The notes beneath the pieces are model-generated. The model ran no database searches. It was not told the DNA's origin and saw only the letters and a list, made by a program, of their open reading frames with translations. Below, piece after piece: positions 7,599-16,973 of a stretch of DNA of 44,535 bases. Origin of the DNA: Candidatus Nomurabacteria bacterium. Lineage in GTDB: Bacteria > Patescibacteriota > Minisyncoccia > Phycocordibacterales > UBA9973. The stretch is from assembly GCA_043758875.1 (NCBI GenBank), contig JAYVMR010000018.1, positions 1-44,535 on the forward strand. Reading direction: 5' to 3'. Each line of letters starts with the position of its first letter. The stretch's first letter is position 1. Made by a program: the position numbers and the translations under genes.

Positions 7599-8025
7599 AG
7601 GCGCAGCGTTGATGGTTCTGCCACATCAGAACCATCCGCGAGCCGGGGTCGCGAGTACTTAGTCCACGCAATCCACGAAGTGGGTGAGTAGACTTAGTAA
7701 CTTGTGACCATACCGATTATGTACGCGAAGCATTCCATCGTAACTGCGGGATCATTCCCGAAAAGGGGAACATGTTAAAAATGCTTTTATAGATGCTCTT
7801 AAGAAAACATTTGATGATATCGACCGAGGTCATTGGTGGTAATGAGCGAAATGGTTAACAAAAAGTATTTCCTTCTAGTAAGAAAATTGATTCTAAATCG
7901 TATTCAAATAGGTGACCTCTATTGGTCATGTACTTTATACACACTCTTGACACTTGACAAATTGAGTGTCAGTGTGATATATTGTACGTATCAATACGAA
8001 AAGGGATCCGAAGGGTGTTTGTGCC

Positions 8026-8601
8026 TTAGGAGCCCTTTTCTTTTTTATCTATGTATGTTCTGAGGTTTTCAAGGTAATCGAAGTATTCTGAACCAAGTGC
8101 CTTATACAATGAAGAGGCAAATTTCTTATTAGGAAACAGTATTTTTTTGAACTTGTTTTTGCTAACAAGATAATAGGCTAGCTTTTTATAGTCACCGTCT
8201 CCAGAAATAAGGAGTATCTTATCAGGAGTGTTCTCAATGAGGCTTTTCATCACTTCAAATACTATATCAGTATCAACATTTCCTTTCTTTGTTGATTTGA
8301 GCTTGCTGTTGTGCTCCTTAAACAATACGATGAAGCCAGCTCTCTGAATTTCCTTATACAAATCTTCGTGTTTGTCGTTTAAGTACCCTAGGACATAGTA
8401 TGCTTCCTTGACCCCATATTTTTCAGCAAGATACACACGGAATTTTGCCAAGTCTACTTCCCATGCAGTATCACAGGTGCAGTCCTCAAGATTAATATCC
8501 TTTATTTCTATACCCAAGCGTTTAGCGCAATCGCCGCATTTTGTAGTGCCGAAATACAAGTTTTGGGCATCTACAAAAGCAAAGTTGTTTTCCTTTTCCA
8601 T
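8026..8601 (-). CDS. NYN/LabA-like (PIN-like fold) domain protein
   Basis: N-terminal FAFVDAQNLY and a central ILLISGDGDY, the hallmark acidic motifs of NYN/LabA (DUF88) domains. 191 aa. Confidence 0.75.
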   Translation of the reverse strand: MEKENNFAFVDAQNLYFGTTKCGDCAKRLGIEIKDINLEDCTCDTAWEVDLAKFRVYLAEKYGVKEAYYVLGYLNDKHEDLYKEIQRAGFIVLFKEHNSKLKSTKKGNVDTDIVFEVMKSLIENTPDKILLISGDGDYKKLAYYLVSKNKFKKILFPNKKFASSLYKALGSEYFDYLENLRTYIDKKEKGS

Positions 8602-8742
8602 ATCGGCAATTGTAGTATTTTTACTTATTTTTATCCCAAAATTTTGGACACTATTATTTGATCAATAATTCCAAAGCAGTGATGCCGCTTTTTATATAAT
8701 CACTATTCCTAGCAAGTTCTGAAAGCCACGCAGTGGGGTTAT

Positions 8743-8773
8743 AAAAACAAAACCCTCTTCACAAGGAAGAGGG
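8743..8773 (-). terminator. Intrinsic terminator of the 102-aa gene
   Basis: Stem ccctcttc/gaagaggg (8753-8760 / 8766-8773), followed by a T-run on the minus strand (plus-strand A-run 8743-8752). Confidence 0.75.
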
Positions 8774-8780
8774 TAATGAT

Positions 8781-9089
8781 TTAGCCCAAGGAATCGGGGG
8801 ATGGAGTTCTTACATAATATTTTTTACGACAACCCCAACATCGGTATCTCTTTAATTTTCCGTTGAAGAATAATACGGAAATATAACGTTCAAGTTGGGT
8901 TCGATGAACGCGCTCATGCTCATCCATGACGTTCTTACACTGAGCACATGTTGCCTTATCTTTGACAACTTTTTTTATTAAGACTATGCGAATTATCGCA
9001 TAAAAAAATAATAGCGCGACAAGGGCTAAGCCCTCCAGTAGCATTGTTTCAGTTTCCATATTTTTTTTCTTCACTATACCAAAAAGCAT
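8781..9089 (-). CDS. Small membrane protein with C-terminal Cys4 zinc-ribbon-like motif
   Basis: One N-terminal TM helix (LEGLALVALLFFYAIIRIVLI), then CAQC...N27...CWGC. 102 aa. Confidence 0.5.
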   Translation of the reverse strand: MLFGIVKKKNMETETMLLEGLALVALLFFYAIIRIVLIKKVVKDKATCAQCKNVMDEHERVHRTQLERYISVLFFNGKLKRYRCWGCRKKYYVRTPSPDSLG

Positions 9090-9123
9090 TTATTTGTCAA
9101 CTCACGCGAGGGAAGCAGGGTGC

Positions 9124-9152
9124 TTGACAAAAATGCCGTTATACCCTATACT
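9124..9152 (+). promoter_or_regulatory. Near-consensus sigma-70 promoter TTGACA-17-TATACT
   Basis: ttgaca at 9124-9129, a 17-nt spacer, and tatact at 9147-9152. Confidence 0.6.
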
Positions 9153-9189
9153 CTAAAAAGAGTTCTTTCAACTGCACCTTCTTAAGCGT

Positions 9190-9280
9190 CGTTTTCGCTA
9201 CTGTATGCAGTAGCGAAACGATTCAATCATATAGTAATTATGTGATCAAGCCCCCATTCTCATGGCGGGCTTTTTCTTTG
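9190..9280 (+). other. Leader/sRNA candidate: stem-loop (9190..9220) followed by terminator-like hairpin + T-tract (9249..9280)
   Basis: ttcgctactg/cagtagcgaa is a 10-bp stem. agcccCc...gCgggct is a second stem followed by tttttcttt. Both lie downstream of the 9124 promoter and upstream of the ATP-grasp gene. Confidence 0.4.
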
Positions 9281-9367
9281 TTATACTGATCAGGGAGTAT
9301 ATTATAAGAACATACTCACCGGTTGACAGAACATATTTTCTATAGTAATTTCATAAAAAACCTTAAC

Positions 9368-10384
9368 ATGAAAAAAGCAAGAAAAAACCTACGACAGCCC
9401 TTACTTGCTGACCTTTTTAAAAAAATAGGAAAGAAAATAGGGGTCAAAGTCTTTGTGGAAGAAGAATGGGGAGTGGTGGGACAATTATCCTATCCCAACG
9501 GCATCAAACGATATTTTCGGGGCACCACGGTTGATATAAATACCATGGGGGCCTCAGAAATAGCTCGCGATAAAGATTATTCAAAAATATTTATGAGTAA
9601 GATGGGCTATTCTGTTATTCCTGGAAATAAATTTTATTCCGATGATTGGGCCAGAAGAATCAAGTCCAACCAAACCATCGATAAGGCTTGGCACTATGCC
9701 AAGAAAGTATCATTGCCGGTGTTTCTAAAACCCAACAGTAAAAGCCAGGGACTGGGAGTGACAAAAGTCCATACCAAAACTGATTTTTTTAAAACCTTTC
9801 GTTCCCTTGCTCGCATTGATAACGTCATTCTCGTTGAACGGGCCATTACCGGAAAAGATTATCGCATTGTTGTGTTAGACGATGAGATGATTTCGGCGTA
9901 TGAGAGGATACCGTTAATCGTCACCGGTGATGGAAAGGCCTCAGTGGCACAACTTCTAAAAAGAAAGGAACGGGCATTTAGAAAAGCGGGACGGGATAAA
10001 ACATTTAGATTGAATGATCCTCGTATCCAAGCGGTCTTACGTCGGCAAAAATTAACACTTGCCTCCGTTATTGCCAAGGATCAAAATGTCCAGCTCTTGT
10101 ATAATGCCAATCTTTCCACCGGGGGCACCTCTGTGGACGTAACGGAAAAGATCCACCCTTTTTACAAGGATATCGCTATTCGGGTAACAAAGGATATGGG
10201 GTTGCGGATGTGTGGCGTCGATATGATCATCGAAGGAGATATTGATACACCGACTGATCGTAACTATATTATCGAAATCAACTCCGCTCCCGGCCTTGAT
10301 CATTATGTAACACTCGGACTCAAGCAACAACGCATTGTTGAACAGTTGTACACAAAAGTACTCGTGGCAATGGGCAAGAAATAG
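9368..10384 (+). CDS. ATP-grasp ligase (cyanophycin-synthetase-N-terminal / RimK-like class)
   Basis: GKDYRIVVLD, NLSTGGTSVDVT and YIIEINSAPGLDHY are typical ATP-grasp motifs. I chose the ATG at 9368 over the TTG at 9323 given in the ORF track. Confidence 0.75.
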   Translation: MKKARKNLRQPLLADLFKKIGKKIGVKVFVEEEWGVVGQLSYPNGIKRYFRGTTVDINTMGASEIARDKDYSKIFMSKMGYSVIPGNKFYSDDWARRIKSNQTIDKAWHYAKKVSLPVFLKPNSKSQGLGVTKVHTKTDFFKTFRSLARIDNVILVERAITGKDYRIVVLDDEMISAYERIPLIVTGDGKASVAQLLKRKERAFRKAGRDKTFRLNDPRIQAVLRRQKLTLASVIAKDQNVQLLYNANLSTGGTSVDVTEKIHPFYKDIAIRVTKDMGLRMCGVDMIIEGDIDTPTDRNYIIEINSAPGLDHYVTLGLKQQRIVEQLYTKVLVAMGKK

Positions 10385-10410
10385 CATCCTCAATTGGGGA
10401 TGCTTTTTTA
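10383..10410 (+). terminator. Intrinsic terminator after the ATP-grasp gene
   Basis: agcatcc...ggatgct stem followed by ttttttatt. Confidence 0.7.
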
Positions 10411-10419
10411 TTACTACTT

Positions 10420-10428
10420 TGTTATAGT
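10420..10428 (+). promoter_or_regulatory. Extended -10 TGTTATAGT, 9 nt upstream of the folD ATG
   Basis: Read directly from the sequence. Confidence 0.5.
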
Positions 10429-10437
10429 GTCTGCACT

Positions 10438-11262
10438 ATGATCATCGACGGCAATGCGATCAAGAAAACAATGGTGGAGGAATTGAAAATGCAGGTGGCG
10501 CAGGACAAGTCGTTCGACTCCGCTCACGGTAAAAAGCGGGTCTGTTTTTTGCAGTTTGGCGGTGATCAGGGCAGTACCACCTTCGTGAACATGAAAATGA
10601 AATTGGCGGCGGAGATCGGCGTTGAGGCGGTGCACATTCAAAAAAGCAGTACGAGCACTGCCGAAGCCTTGGCCGTCTTGGGCGATATCGTTGAGCAGCG
10701 CTATGACGGCATCGTGGTGCAATTGCCATTGCCGGCCGGCATCGATACCGACCTGGTCATTGACTCATTGCCGACCGAATACGATATCGACATGCTCAGC
10801 GAAGATGCCAAAGCGCAGTATCGCGCTGCTCTGACCATGCGCACCGCGCCGGTAGCGGCCGCCGTGCAGGAAATATTGTGGCATCACAAGATCATTTTGC
10901 TCGGCAAGCAGATCGTGGTCTTGGGTAAGGGGCGACTGGTCGGCGAGCCGATCGCCATGCTGTTGGATCGTCAAGAATTGCCCTATACCTGGATCGATAT
11001 CGATACACCGACTGAGACGCGCCTGCAAGCTTTGCGAGAGGCTGACATCATCATCTCCGGCATCGGCGTGCCACACAGCATCAGTGCTGATATGGTTAAA
11101 GACGGCGTGGTCTTGATCGACGCCGGCACGAGCGAACAAGTGGGGAAGTTGGTCGGGGATATCGATCCCGGCTGTGCCGACAAAGCTGCTTTTTATACTC
11201 CCGTCCCCGGCGGTGTCGGCCCGTTGACCGTGGCCTGCCTGTTTAAGAATCTATTTTTGTAA
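10438..11262 (+). CDS. folD: Bifunctional methylenetetrahydrofolate dehydrogenase/cyclohydrolase
   Basis: N-terminal IIDGNAI, a Rossmann GxG segment (VVLGKGRLVG) and the C-terminal PVPGGVGPLTVA signature. 274 aa. Confidence 0.9.
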   Translation: MIIDGNAIKKTMVEELKMQVAQDKSFDSAHGKKRVCFLQFGGDQGSTTFVNMKMKLAAEIGVEAVHIQKSSTSTAEALAVLGDIVEQRYDGIVVQLPLPAGIDTDLVIDSLPTEYDIDMLSEDAKAQYRAALTMRTAPVAAAVQEILWHHKIILLGKQIVVLGKGRLVGEPIAMLLDRQELPYTWIDIDTPTETRLQALREADIIISGIGVPHSISADMVKDGVVLIDAGTSEQVGKLVGDIDPGCADKAAFYTPVPGGVGPLTVACLFKNLFL

Positions 11263-11264
11263 TA

Positions 11265-12005
11265 CTAGCGCGGGTGAATAGTTTCCTCGCCCTGTCGGGG
11301 AATAGGTCGTCCCAATAATATCGCCCATGTTCCTTTGTTGTACTTTTTTTGCAAACTGAAATATCCGGCTTGTTTGTATCGTCGGGCCGAAGAACGAACC
11401 GTGATGTCTTTATAAAAATCCACTGAGCCGATTTTTGACACAGCGCTGGCCACCACCAAGTCGTCATTATAAAAAGTATGAGAGAGGTCATAGCCGCCGG
11501 CCGCATCGAGTGCCCGTTTGGTGATGAATGAATTTCCGCCAATCATCAACGCGCCGAATTTTCTTTTTTGAGCGTAATAATTTCCCAAGAAAAGAAATAC
11601 GTATTGGGCCCATAGGGCGCCGTATCGGAACAGAGGGTTGGCATCATAATAATCATACGCGCCCACTACTGCCACGCAGCGATGAAGTCGCAAATACTGC
11701 TCGGCCTTGGCCAGCCAATCGGGTGCGGGAAGAGTATCCGCATCAAGCTGGACTATGACATCTCCACTGGCGGCTTTATAGCCTTCATTGCGGGCATTCA
11801 TGACGCCGCGCGTGGGACAATTAATTATTTTGATACGAGTATGCTGCTCGGCAAATTGTTGCACGATAGTCTCCGTATCATCAGTTGAATTGTTGTTGAC
11901 CACGATGACTTCAAAATCTGTATACTCTTGCGCCAAAACAGCTGTTAATGTTGACCCGATCCAGCCAGCTTCATTTAATGCGGGAATAACGATAGAGAAT
12001 TTCAT
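11265..12005 (-). CDS. Family 2 glycosyltransferase
   Basis: KFSIVIPALNE...VIVVNNNSTDDT...QLDADT (DxD), as expected for the GT2 / GT-A fold. Confidence 0.8.
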   Translation of the reverse strand: MKFSIVIPALNEAGWIGSTLTAVLAQEYTDFEVIVVNNNSTDDTETIVQQFAEQHTRIKIINCPTRGVMNARNEGYKAASGDVIVQLDADTLPAPDWLAKAEQYLRLHRCVAVVGAYDYYDANPLFRYGALWAQYVFLFLGNYYAQKRKFGALMIGGNSFITKRALDAAGGYDLSHTFYNDDLVVASAVSKIGSVDFYKDITVRSSARRYKQAGYFSLQKKYNKGTWAILLGRPIPRQGEETIHPR

Positions 12006-12009
12006 TATG

Positions 12010-12957
12010 TTACTGCGCTTTCTTCAGCCAAATGTACAGATCCTCAATGGCTTTGACCGCGTCGCCGGCGGCAATGTTATTCTGATGATACAGGCCATTA
12101 GTACAGTCACCGGCGGCCCAGATGCCCAGCGTGCTGGTGCGTTGGTTAGTAGGGTCGACAACCACTTTCTTATATTCATCCAAGGTCACGATATCTTGTA
12201 CCAAGTCAGTATTAGGCAGCTGTCCGATTTCGACAAAGACGGCATTGACGGGCAATGACTCGGATGCCGAAGGCCCTGAGCTTGTCGAAGAATTATTTAT
12301 ATATTTTAAACCATTAACGAATTCATTACCGGTAATTTCTGTCAGTGTGACATTAGTCAGAATAGTAGCATTGGGCAAGCTGCGCACCTTTTCGACGGTG
12401 ATGGCATCGGCGCGAAATTCATTACTGCGATGCAACAACGTGACATGCGATGCGTATTCGGAAAGCTGTAGCACTGCCTCAAGTGCCGCATTGCCGCCAC
12501 CGATGACCGCTACTGGTTGGCCGGAAAAGAGCGGGCCGTCACAGGTCGCGCAGTACAGGATACCTTTGTGTTCGAACTGGGCCGCGCCGGGCACTTCGAG
12601 CTGGCGATGGCGTGAGCCGGTGGCGATGAGCACACTTTTCGTAGTGTATATTTCCTTATCTGTTGTAACGGAAAATCCTTCATCAGTTTTAGTGACGGCA
12701 GTAGCGCGGTACCCCAATGAAAGAGTTAAGGTATTACCTTCAGTCGCGTAATATTCCAGGTGCTTTTTCAGATTGGCGGCCAAGTCAGGCCCGCTAATTT
12801 CCGGCGTGCCGATCCAGTTATAAATGGTGTCGGAAACGGCAGATTGCCCGCCGATCTCTTCGGCGATGACCAGTGTGTTCAAACGCTTGCGCGCGGCATA
12901 GACTGCGGCTGCGACACCGGCCGGCGCGCCGCCGATAATGATCAGATCGTATTGCAT
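12010..12957 (-). CDS. trxB: Thioredoxin-disulfide reductase
   Basis: FAD-binding IIGGAPAG, redox-active CATCDG and NADPH-binding GGGNAA. 315 aa. Confidence 0.9.
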   Translation of the reverse strand: MQYDLIIIGGAPAGVAAAVYAARKRLNTLVIAEEIGGQSAVSDTIYNWIGTPEISGPDLAANLKKHLEYYATEGNTLTLSLGYRATAVTKTDEGFSVTTDKEIYTTKSVLIATGSRHRQLEVPGAAQFEHKGILYCATCDGPLFSGQPVAVIGGGNAALEAVLQLSEYASHVTLLHRSNEFRADAITVEKVRSLPNATILTNVTLTEITGNEFVNGLKYINNSSTSSGPSASESLPVNAVFVEIGQLPNTDLVQDIVTLDEYKKVVVDPTNQRTSTLGIWAAGDCTNGLYHQNNIAAGDAVKAIEDLYIWLKKAQ

Positions 12958-12986
12958 CCTTTTATTATACTGTATGTGTCAACAAA

Positions 12987-13352
12987 ATGAATATGGACAA
13001 TATGGCATTAGGATGTAGTATGAGTAAAACGCTCGTTATGAAAAAAGACATCAGTACTGAACCTCAAAGAATTATCCTTTTTTATCATCAAAATGAAGTA
13101 GGAAAAATCCTTCCTCTTAATGAAGAGTGGGAGATTGTTTCTACCGGCAGAAATGAAAAAGGGCGAACACCCTTTCTTGTGTATCGGCGAAGCGGTCGCG
13201 TGATAACTCTGCTCCATGGAGAGAAGATAAATTCAAAAACTGACATCGAAAAGCAGGTTCATTTCGATGAGGAAATGGCAGCGATCAAGCTAGATTCTCG
13301 AAACAGGCAGATTCGGTCCGAACAATCCGCAGCCAATATGTATGTGGATTAA
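12987..13352 (+). CDS. Hypothetical protein (121 aa)
   Basis: ORF followed by the bidirectional terminator. No motif recognised. Confidence 0.4.
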   Translation: MNMDNMALGCSMSKTLVMKKDISTEPQRIILFYHQNEVGKILPLNEEWEIVSTGRNEKGRTPFLVYRRSGRVITLLHGEKINSKTDIEKQVHFDEEMAAIKLDSRNRQIRSEQSAANMYVD

Positions 13353-13356
13353 GCTA

Positions 13357-13384
13357 AAAAGCCGCCCCATGGGGGCGGCTTTTC
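13357..13384. terminator. Bidirectional terminator between the 121-aa gene and ftsZ
   Basis: aaaa-gccgcccc-atg-ggggcggc-tttt, a GC-rich 8-bp stem flanked by A- and T-runs. Confidence 0.8.
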
Positions 13385-13390
13385 TTATGA

Positions 13391-14590
<1,200 letters not shown>

Positions 14591-14716
14591 ATTTCACTCT
14601 CCCTTCCACGGGCTATTGCTATGCTGACAATACTACCACAAGCCTATAAAAGGGCAATGGAAGTTGACACACCATGAGAAAAGTAGTATTTTATAATAAA
14701 CCTAATTAAAAAGCTG

Positions 14717-15094
14717 ATGAAAATTTTGGTCCTTACAAAGAAAGATGATCACAAGATTGAGATCACTTCCTGGGCACAGTTTATTGCCTTAATAAAATCT
14801 TTTGATGCGCGCGCCATACTAATGGGCATACAACATTTCATTATTACCCACGAGGAGGGAGGCAGCGATCCTGATGATGTGATACATATCCTTTCTTCTC
14901 ATGAAGAAGGACAGGAAATTTTATGTAAAGCTTATTACGAAGGAGGAATGTTTCAGGGATATATCCTGGACTTCCTCAAGCAATCGCTTTTATTGAAGCA
15001 CTGCGGTAATGTCGCTAAACAAGCAATTGAAAACTGCTCGTTTAAGAATGTTACCGAAGTCAGGCAACTTCAAACAAAATTAACGGCGGCGTAA
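14717..15094 (+). CDS. Hypothetical protein (125 aa) inserted on the opposite strand between ftsZ and ftsA
   Basis: ORF only; no motif recognised. Confidence 0.4.
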   Translation: MKILVLTKKDDHKIEITSWAQFIALIKSFDARAILMGIQHFIITHEEGGSDPDDVIHILSSHEEGQEILCKAYYEGGMFQGYILDFLKQSLLLKHCGNVAKQAIENCSFKNVTEVRQLQTKLTAA

Positions 15095-15135
15095 GTATAA
15101 AAACACACTATAGAAATGTAGGGTGTTTTTTTTAT

Positions 15136-16311
15136 TTACGGAATCAATTGTTTGAAAAATGATTTGACGGTTTCGATCAGACCGTCGCTGTCACCACTAC
15201 TGCTCATACGGTGATGTTTGGCAGTGCTTTGTTGCGGTTCGGCGTCGGCGGTGGCGATGCTGTAGGCCACCAGCAGGCGGTTGTCCTTGACCGGACCTTT
15301 AGTACCGGGCATATCGACGTGCGCCACTTTGACGGGGATGCGCAGTAATTGTTTTGCCACCGGTTCGACTAATTGCATGCGGCTACCACCGCCAATGATG
15401 ATGGCACCGGCCGGCAACAAGCCGCTGCGGCCGATCTTTTTGAAATACTTGTCGATCAGTTCGAAAATATCGGACAGACGAGCATCGATGATCTCATCGA
15501 GTTTTTTCTTGGGCACGCTTTGGAAGGTCACTGTGCCGAGCTTGATACTTTCCGCTTCATCAGGTGTGACGCGCAGTCCCAATGCGATGTCTTTAGTGAT
15601 ATCGAGCGAGCCCAAACCAAACACGAAGAGAGAGGTTAAAGTATTGTTTTCAAAAACCGATACTGATACCGTCTCGGCGCCGATGTCGATCAAGGTGCAG
15701 CCGAAGTTGCGTTGCAAGTCGGTCAATAATAATTTTTGCGTGGCTAATGGCGTGGCCGTGAAGCCGGTCAAGCGAATGCCGATGTCATGCGCCACGGCCA
15801 ACAAGTCGTCGAGGTGCTGCTGATAACAAGTCACGAATAGCACGCGCACTTCCAATTTACTGCCGGTGATGCCCTCGGGGCGTGTCGGTAATTCCTGGCC
15901 ATCAACTTTGAAGATGATAGGGTAGGCATGCAAGATGGCCTTGTTCTTGAGATCGATGTGCGTCTCGGCATCCTGAATGGCTTTCTCGATATCGAACTTG
16001 CTGAGGATGCCGTCGGCGCGGGTGACAATGCTGCTGCCCAGCGCGTATTCGGATGAGATGCCGACGCCGCCGATGGCGATGGCCGCGGTCTTGATGCGGC
16101 TGCCCAATTCCTTTTCAACTTCCTGCACGGCGCGCTTGAGGCCGTTGGCCACTTCGTCTCGGTTGGTGATGTAGCCATGACGCATACCGCTTGTTTCAAC
16201 TGCACTGCTGGCTGCGATCTTGGGTAACCCGCCCGCACTGTCATCAACGCATGCCACCACTCGGGTCATGGACGTGCCTATATCGATGCCAATGCGTAGT
16301 TGTTGCTTCAT
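15136..16311 (-). CDS. ftsA: Cell division protein FtsA
   Basis: Actin-fold phosphate-1 motif IGIDIGTS and phosphate-2 motif LIDIGAETVSV. Located next to ftsZ. 391 aa. Confidence 0.85.
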   Translation of the reverse strand: MKQQLRIGIDIGTSMTRVVACVDDSAGGLPKIAASSAVETSGMRHGYITNRDEVANGLKRAVQEVEKELGSRIKTAAIAIGGVGISSEYALGSSIVTRADGILSKFDIEKAIQDAETHIDLKNKAILHAYPIIFKVDGQELPTRPEGITGSKLEVRVLFVTCYQQHLDDLLAVAHDIGIRLTGFTATPLATQKLLLTDLQRNFGCTLIDIGAETVSVSVFENNTLTSLFVFGLGSLDITKDIALGLRVTPDEAESIKLGTVTFQSVPKKKLDEIIDARLSDIFELIDKYFKKIGRSGLLPAGAIIIGGGSRMQLVEPVAKQLLRIPVKVAHVDMPGTKGPVKDNRLLVAYSIATADAEPQQSTAKHHRMSSSGDSDGLIETVKSFFKQLIP

Positions 16312-16324
16312 TCTTGCTGCTTGA

Positions 16325-16708
16325 TTAAGTGAAAAGTGCGACTAATGCTCGCTCCTTACGTTCCATTGTACTCCCATGTTCGTATCCTTTCAAATGCAGC
16401 ATGCTGTGGATGACGATATAGAGAGTATAGACGTCGTAGGTCATGTCGAATTGTTTGTATTCGCGACGCATGGCTGAACGGCACAAAACAATCTCGCCAC
16501 TGTTTTCTGAAAGAGAGAATGACAAAGTATTCGGCACATAGTCTTTGCCGCGATGCTCATGATTTAATCGTTGCGCTTCAGCTGGTCCGACGAAACGGAT
16601 CGACAATTCGTATTGCTTGCCCAAGATTTTTTCTTTCAGCGCCAAAAAAGGCACGCGAGGAAGCGTGCCTTTGGCGGATACTGTCATAGTGTCAGTATCG
16701 AGTATCAT
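16325..16708 (-). CDS. ybeY: rRNA maturation endoribonuclease YbeY
   Basis: HSMLHLKGYEH (the HxxxHxxGxxH zinc motif). I chose the ATG at 16708, which lies 1 nt after the rpsU stop. Confidence 0.85.
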   Translation of the reverse strand: MILDTDTMTVSAKGTLPRVPFLALKEKILGKQYELSIRFVGPAEAQRLNHEHRGKDYVPNTLSFSLSENSGEIVLCRSAMRREYKQFDMTYDVYTLYIVIHSMLHLKGYEHGSTMERKERALVALFT

Positions 16709-16709
16709 A

Positions 16710-16934
16710 TTACATCTTGCCGAGTTTTTTGAGTTTCTCAACTTCGACGCGTCGAGCCAGGCGTTTAACCTTCATATTCTTTTCGGCCAACTTGGAGAGA
16801 GGGCGCACACTATAGCGTTCGCCTTTCACTTTCGGGATGATCCCGCTTTCTTGCATCTTGCGACTGAAACGACGAATGACACCCAAAGCGTTTTCGGTCC
16901 CGTTTCTTTTGATTTCTACATTGGTCATTGACAT
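16710..16934 (-). CDS. rpsU: 30S ribosomal protein S21
   Basis: VEIKRNGTENALGVIRRFSRKMQESGI...ERYSVRPLSK follows the S21 pattern. The ATG at 16934 is preceded by TGGTACTAT 7 nt upstream. Confidence 0.8.
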   Translation of the reverse strand: MSMTNVEIKRNGTENALGVIRRFSRKMQESGIIPKVKGERYSVRPLSKLAEKNMKVKRLARRVEVEKLKKLGKM

Positions 16935-16941
16935 GGGTGCA

Positions 16942-16950
16942 ATAGTACCA
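16942..16950 (-). promoter_or_regulatory. Extended -10 TGGTACTAT, 7 nt upstream of the rpsU ATG
   Basis: Reverse complement of plus-strand atagtacca. Confidence 0.5.
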
Positions 16951-16973
16951 CGACCCCCTTTATTCCGCAACAG

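Noticed and set aside
7700-7850. Short frame ending ...NAFIDALKKTFDDIDRGHWW* as a possible gene remnant
   Set aside because: Only about 28 codons are open before an upstream stop, and there is no start codon or motif. This is insufficient to call a pseudogene.
9323-9367. TTG start at 9323 for the ATP-grasp gene
   Set aside because: The first 15 codons (MTEHIFYSNFIKNLN) precede a good ATG at 9368, where the basic N-terminus MKKARKN begins. The longer form cannot be excluded.
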